DNA of 64,000 nucleotides from Enoplolaimus lenunculus (Eukaryota): the NCBI GenBank assembly GCA_030248215.1, contig JASANG010003525.1, positions 434,001 to 498,000 on the forward strand, read 5' to 3'. Positions 63,636 to 64,000 of this stretch are shown piece after piece. The position numbers and the translations under genes are program-made. Numbering within the stretch: position 1 is the first letter of the stretch; each line of letters opens with the position of its first letter. The notes beneath the pieces were generated by a model. It ran no database searches, was not told the DNA's origin, and saw only the letters and a program-made list of their open reading frames with translations.

Positions 63636-64000
63636 CTGAAACATGCATATATACCATTTGAAAACCAAAAGCCAAATTCACACGTGCAAGTTTTCGCAAC
63701 GCAAACATGCAGCTGCAATTTACAAATGCAAATTTTTACATCTAAAAGTTCAAGCTGCAAGTTTTGGGCTTTGAAACAAAAATTTGCAGCTGTATGTTAC
63801 AGCTGCAAGTTCTCCGCTGCAAGAATAGTCCACTATTTTTGGCAAATATTTTTTGAACACAAAGAATATTAATCATAGGGACACGGTAGTGTCACTATTA
63901 TATGTTTCTTCCAAAAGTGTTCACGTCTCTTATGTTTCTATCAAAAGTCCATTATTTCTACTATTCTGTTTTGGTGGTATTTATATACAAACGTAAGACC

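Noticed and set aside
1..64000. Autonomous transposase or reverse transcriptase ORF
   Set aside because: None of the listed ORFs shows DDE, RT or Rep/Hel motifs; all elements seen are non-autonomous.

Overview
AT-rich, intron-rich eukaryotic (animal) genomic DNA. Two things suggest a nematode, but this is inference only: TTTTCAG/TTTTAG splice acceptors and dispersed TTAGGC hexamers. The window holds two convergent multi-exon genes. (1) A + strand TRPM-family cation channel (TRPM1/3/6/7-, gon-2- and Drosophila trpm-like). I reconstructed 29 phase-consistent GT-AG coding exons from 23267 to 44218, giving 9156 nt or about 3050 aa. The start exon was not found. It has no alpha-kinase or NUDIX domain, but has a ~410-aa low-complexity pre-S1 insert and a ~1,480-aa C-terminal tail that includes a 3.4-kb exon. 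(2) A - strand ARMC2-like armadillo-repeat gene, with 16 exons from 63635 to 48966 and a 5' end that I could not locate (probably beyond the window). It has a putative 15-nt microexon, and one acceptor sits at the end of a 29-copy tandem array in which every 25-bp unit is itself a 3' splice site. The remaining sequence is dense with short non-autonomous elements: hAT-like MITEs with 8-bp TSDs, a PIF/Harbinger-like MITE with a paralogous empty site, a Helentron/DINE-1-like element, a MITE family carrying telomere-like TTAGGC repeats, and three families of tRNA-like units, at least two of which keep conserved upstream flanks and occur in ~340-bp head-to-tail pairs. All gene models and homologies were worked out by eye, and homologue sequences were recalled from memory; no searches were run.
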